Positions 60,301 to 64,000 of a stretch of 64,000 nucleotides of DNA are shown here, piece after piece. The stretch spans positions 64,001 through 128,000 of the forward strand of contig CAWBVY010000007.1 of NCBI GenBank assembly GCA_963792415.1. Direction: 5' to 3'. A program made the translations under genes and the position numbers. This DNA is from Candidatus Deferrimicrobiaceae bacterium (GTDB lineage: Bacteria; Desulfobacterota; Deferrimicrobia; Deferrimicrobiales; Deferrimicrobiaceae). Below the pieces are notes generated by a model. It saw nothing but the letters and a program-made list of their open reading frames with translations, was not told the origin of the DNA and did no database searches. Each line of letters begins with the position of its first letter. The stretch's first letter is position 1.

Positions 60301-60361
60301 TCCGTGATTCGTAGTTTACCCCGTGGAGGTGCCTCCCGCCAGAAGGTGCGATAATCGGAAG

Positions 60362-61258
60362 ATGCGATCTCCGAGCCGCTTCCGCTTGGTTCTTGCCGGT
60401 CTCGCCGTTTTTACGCTCGCCCTCGCGGCATGGGTCGGCGTGTCGATCCTCACCCTTCCGTCCGTCGCACCCCTTGCGAAGCCGGGCGTTTCGATGACGA
60501 TCACCGTGAAAGACTGGCATCGGAAGGATCACCCTTTCGTGGTCGGGCCGAGGAATCCGCGGTGGACGCCGTACGGGGCGATCCCCGCCGCACTGAAGAA
60601 GGCGGTCGTCGCCTCGGAGGACGCCAACTTCTACAGGCACGAGGGGGTGGACTACGAGGCGATCCGGGAGGCGATCAAGGCCGACTGGCGGAAGGGGAAG
60701 TTCGTCCACGGCGGGAGCACGATCACGCAGCAGCTGGCGAAAAACCTCTTCCTGACCCGGGAGAAGACGTTGATCCGGAAGGTCAAGGAGCTGGTGCTTG
60801 CGCGGCGACTCGACGACGCCTTGTCGAAATCGCGAATCCTCGAGCTGTACCTCAACGTGGTGGAACTCGGGCCGATGGTGTACGGGATCGGCCACGCGGC
60901 GCACTACTACTACGGGAAGCCTCCCTCCGCGATGACCGTGCGGGAGTGCGCGTTCCTCGCCGCGATGCTCCCCGGCCCGAAAATCTACAACCCGTACCGG
61001 AAGATGGACCGGGTGGTGCGGCGGTCCGACCGGATCCTGCGCCGGATGGTCTCCGCGCGGATGATCTCGCGGGAGGAGTACGACGCGGCGATGGCGGAGG
61101 TCCCGAACCTCGAGGGGCTCGCGCGGAAGGTGGAGAAGACGCTCGATACCCCGCCCCCCGAGGAGAATCCCCCCGGGGAGACTTCCGGCGGCGGACCCGC
61201 GATCCTCGAGGAATCGCCGGCTCCCCCGCCGGGGGAGTCCCCGAAAAACATATATTGA
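60362..61258 (+). CDS. mtgA: Monofunctional peptidoglycan transglycosylase
   Basis: SEDANFYRHEGVD, GGSTITQQLAKNL, RKVKE, ELYLN. Confidence 0.85.
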   Translation: MRSPSRFRLVLAGLAVFTLALAAWVGVSILTLPSVAPLAKPGVSMTITVKDWHRKDHPFVVGPRNPRWTPYGAIPAALKKAVVASEDANFYRHEGVDYEAIREAIKADWRKGKFVHGGSTITQQLAKNLFLTREKTLIRKVKELVLARRLDDALSKSRILELYLNVVELGPMVYGIGHAAHYYYGKPPSAMTVRECAFLAAMLPGPKIYNPYRKMDRVVRRSDRILRRMVSARMISREEYDAAMAEVPNLEGLARKVEKTLDTPPPEENPPGETSGGGPAILEESPAPPPGESPKNIY

Positions 61259-61308
61259 CATCGGTCGATTGATTTATATAATTGTTTCATAGTAGTGAAA
61301 TAATGAAA
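61255..61308 (+). promoter_or_regulatory. Sigma70 promoter and probable ArsR operator
   Basis: TTGACA-16-TATAAT followed by the inverted repeat TTTCAT-N12-ATGAAA. Confidence 0.6.
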
Positions 61309-61337
61309 TAAAGCGCTGGCGACCGAAAGAGGGAAAA

Positions 61338-61685
61338 ATGGAAAAGACGAACGTTTTCGAACTGCATGCGGATCTCTGCAAGACGCTGTCGAACCCGAAG
61401 CGCCTCATGATCCTCGCTCTCCTCGCGAGGAAGGAGATGAGCGTCGGCGAAATCGCGGAGGTCATCTCGGTCCCCCTTTCCAACGTGAGCCAGCACCTGT
61501 CGCTGTTGAAGGCGCAGGGCCTGGTGCACGGGCGAAAGGAGGGGCAGGTCGTCCACTACAACATCACCGATCGCAGGATCATCCAGGCCTGCACGCTCAT
61601 CCGGTCCGTACTGCTGGACAGGATGAAGGAGCGTGGGCAGGTCGCGCAGGAAATCGACCCCCGGTACGTCGTGGCCTCCGCATAG
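61338..61685 (+). CDS. ArsR/SmtB-family repressor
   Basis: LSNPKRLMIL, SVGEIA...SNVSQHLSLLK. Confidence 0.92.
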   Translation: MEKTNVFELHADLCKTLSNPKRLMILALLARKEMSVGEIAEVISVPLSNVSQHLSLLKAQGLVHGRKEGQVVHYNITDRRIIQACTLIRSVLLDRMKERGQVAQEIDPRYVVASA

Positions 61686-61731
61686 GCGGCCACCGGATCC
61701 CATCCCGAGCGAAGAAGAAGGAGGGAACATC

Positions 61732-61983
61732 ATGGCTCTGGACCTATCGACCCTGAAAGTGGACAAGACGATCGACGCGCGGGCCACCGCCTGCCCCGGA
61801 CCGCTTCTCGATGCCAAGCGGGCCATCGCGGCGATTCCGGTGGGCGGCGTTCTCGAAGTGATGTCCTCCGACGAGGGGACCAAGGAGGACATCCCCCTCT
61901 GGGCGAAGAAGGTGGGGCACGACTTCCTCGGCGACGTCGAGGAGGCCGGCTACTGGCGGCTGTTCGTGAAGCGGGGCAAGTAG
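61732..61983 (+). CDS. TusA-family sulfur carrier
   Basis: IDARATACPGPLL...DIPLWAKKVGH. Confidence 0.9.
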   Translation: MALDLSTLKVDKTIDARATACPGPLLDAKRAIAAIPVGGVLEVMSSDEGTKEDIPLWAKKVGHDFLGDVEEAGYWRLFVKRGK

Positions 61984-62391
61984 GTGGCCGTGGCCGCGCC
62001 CCTCGGGGGGACCCGTCCGAAGATACTGGTCTTCTCGACGAACAACATCTCCGACCCGGGGATCGACCTGGCGGGGAGTCAGCACATGAACTACTCCCCC
62101 TCCGTCAAGGTAATCAGCGTACCGTGCTCCGCAGGCATCAACCCGAGCTGGGTTCTCCACGCGCTGGAGGCCGGGTTCGACGGGGTCTTCATCGCCGCGG
62201 ACGGGGGCGACTGCGCCTACCTCCCCGACTGCACGACCCGGACCGCCCGGATCGCCGAAAGGGCGCAGGGGATGGTGAAGGAGCGCGGGAAGGACCCGCG
62301 GCGGGTGAAGATGGCCGCGATCTGCTCCGTCTGCTCCGAACCGTTCGTGTCGCACATGCGGCAGTTCACCGAGGCATTGAGCAAACTGTAA
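61984..62391 (+). CDS. Atypical MvhD/FlpD-family Fe-S subunit
   Basis: KILVFS...DLAG...Y...V.VI.VPCS...GFDGVFIA...DC fold pattern with non-canonical Cys set. Confidence 0.78.
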   Translation: MAVAAPLGGTRPKILVFSTNNISDPGIDLAGSQHMNYSPSVKVISVPCSAGINPSWVLHALEAGFDGVFIAADGGDCAYLPDCTTRTARIAERAQGMVKERGKDPRRVKMAAICSVCSEPFVSHMRQFTEALSKL

Positions 62392-62403
62392 AGCGGAGAT
62401 CTC

Positions 62404-64000
62404 ATGGAGTACGACGTTCTCGTCGTCGGCGGCGGCATCGCCGGGATGGAATCCGGCCTGACCCTGGGCGACATGGGGTACAAGGTTCTTCTCGTGGAGA
62501 AGGAGGTCTCCATCGGGGGGAAGATGATCCTGCTCAGCAAGGTCTTCCCGACCCTGGACTGCTCCAGCTGCATCTCCACCCCGAAGATGGCCGCCACCGC
62601 GCATCACCCCAACCTGACCGTCCTGACCTACAGCGAGGTGGAGGGGATCGTCGGGAAGGAAGACGGCACGTTCGCCGTCCGGCTCCTCAAAAAGCCGACC
62701 TTCGTGGATCCCTCGGCCTGCACCGGCTGCGGGGATTGCGAGCTGGCGTGCACGGTGGCGATCCCCGACAAGTTCAACGCCGGCCTGGTGGCGACGCGGG
62801 CCGCCCACATCGCGTTCCCCCAGGCGGTCCCGAAGAAGGCGGTCATCGAGCGGGCCGGCTCCTCCCCCTGCAACGCCACGTGCCCGGCGGGCGTGAAGGC
62901 GCACGGGTACGTGTCCCTCGTCCGCAGCGGCAAGTACGAGGAGGCGTTCCGACTGCACATGGAGGACGCCCCCCTTCCCGGGGCCTTGAGCCGCGCGTGC
63001 TACGCACCGTGCGAGGGGCAGTGCACCCGGGACGAGGTCGAGGGGAAGGTGCCCATCCGCGGGATCAAGCGGTTCATGGTCGATACCTACTATGAGCGGC
63101 ACCCGGAGCCCGAGTACGGGCCGCCGGAAGCCCGGAACGGGAAAACGGTCGCCGTCGTCGGATCCGGGCCGGCGGGGCTGTCCGCCGCGTATTTCCTCGC
63201 GCGTAGGGGGTACGGCGTCACGGTGTTCGAGGGCGGGCCCGAGGCCGGCGGGATGCTGCGCCACGGCATCCCCCCGTTCCGGCTCCCCAAGGAGCTTGTG
63301 GACCGGGACATCCGGAACGTCACCGCCCTGGGAGTGGAGATCCGGACCGGCACACCCGTCGGGTCCATCGCCTCGCTGAAGAGCCAGGGGTTCGACGCGT
63401 CGTTCCTCGCCCTGGGCACGATGGAAGGGCAGGGGACGGACGTGCCGGGGCGCGAGCTCCCGGGCGTCCTGGAGTCGATGGAGCTGCTGGCGACCGGAAA
63501 CGCCGGCGGGAAGCTGGAATTTTCCGGGAAGCGGGTCGCCGTCATCGGCGGCGGGAACGTGGCGATCGACTCGGCCCGGATGGCTCTGCGGATGGGCGCC
63601 GCGACGGTCGCCATCTACTATCGCAGGAGCCGCGCGGAGATGCCGGCCCACGACTTCGAGGTCCGGTCCGCCCTCGACGAGGGGGTCGAACTCCACGAAC
63701 TCCGGGCCCCGAGCCGGTTCCTCGGGGAGAACGGGAAGCTCGTCGCGGTGGAGTGGCTTTCCATGAAGCTGGGAGAACCCGACGCCAGCGGCCGGCGGCG
63801 ACCGGTCCCCGTCAAGGGGTCCGGCGCCACACGCCCCGCGGACATCGCGGTGCTGGCCGTCGGGCTGAGACCGAGCACCCGCCCGTTCGCGAGCGAACTC
63901 GGATTGAACCGGGACGGGACGATCCAGGCGGATCCCGAGACGCTCGCGACCTCCCTTCCGGACGTCTTCGCCGGCGGGGACGACGTGACCGGCCCCTCCA
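62404..64000 (+). CDS. HdrA/HdrL-like flavo-Fe-S protein with inserted GltD-like domain (3' end outside the window)
   Basis: Translated by hand: MEYDVLVVGGGIAG, KVFPTLDCSSC, CTGCGDCELAC, PCNATCPAG, CYAPCEGQC, VGSGPAGL, VIGGGNVAID, VFAGGD. Confidence 0.88.
   Translation, partial: MEYDVLVVGGGIAGMESGLTLGDMGYKVLLVEKEVSIGGKMILLSKVFPTLDCSSCISTPKMAATAHHPNLTVLTYSEVEGIVGKEDGTFAVRLLKKPTFVDPSACTGCGDCELACTVAIPDKFNAGLVATRAAHIAFPQAVPKKAVIERAGSSPCNATCPAGVKAHGYVSLVRSGKYEEAFRLHMEDAPLPGALSRACYAPCEGQCTRDEVEGKVPIRGIKRFMVDTYYERHPEPEYGPPEARNGKTVAVVGSGPAGLSAAYFLARRGYGVTVFEGGPEAGGMLRHGIPPFRLPKELVDRDIRNVTALGVEIRTGTPVGSIASLKSQGFDASFLALGTMEGQGTDVPGRELPGVLESMELLATGNAGGKLEFSGKRVAVIGGGNVAIDSARMALRMGAATVAIYYRRSRAEMPAHDFEVRSALDEGVELHELRAPSRFLGENGKLVAVEWLSMKLGEPDASGRRRPVPVKGSGATRPADIAVLAVGLRPSTRPFASELGLNRDGTIQADPETLATSLPDVFAGGDDVTGPS

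Noticed and set aside
61984-64000. Selenocysteine recoding in MvhD/HdrA
   Set aside because: No in-frame TGA was seen in the parts read; the usual Sec position reads DCSSC with TGC codons.

Overview
This is a high-GC bacterial chromosomal segment. Gene content and protein style suggest an anaerobic deltaproteobacterial-type lineage (inference). In order it holds: the 3' end of serS, greA and manC; leuA behind a Leu-rich leader peptide/attenuator; a larA-like gene with an ECF cbiQO module; suhB; three tRNA-Ser isoacceptor genes, each followed by a copy of the same 117-bp double-hairpin repeat; an LPS core glycosyltransferase cluster; and two tandem KimA-like K+ transporters with gene-conversion tracts. 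The main finding is a candidate anaerobic oxamate/oxalate catabolic locus: a GGT/Ntn-hydrolase, a CDC48-like AAA+ ATPase, a FadR regulator with a visible operator, a four-subunit oxalate oxidoreductase with its diagnostic active-site residues, and a tripartite tricarboxylate transporter. After it come ppdK, an ECF sigma/anti-sigma pair, rubrerythrin, znuABC-like genes, peptidoglycan enzymes, and a truncated ArsR-TusA-atypical MvhD-HdrA/HdrL module. No CRISPR array, transposase, integrase or prophage was seen. All family calls come from motif recognition by eye; no searches were run.
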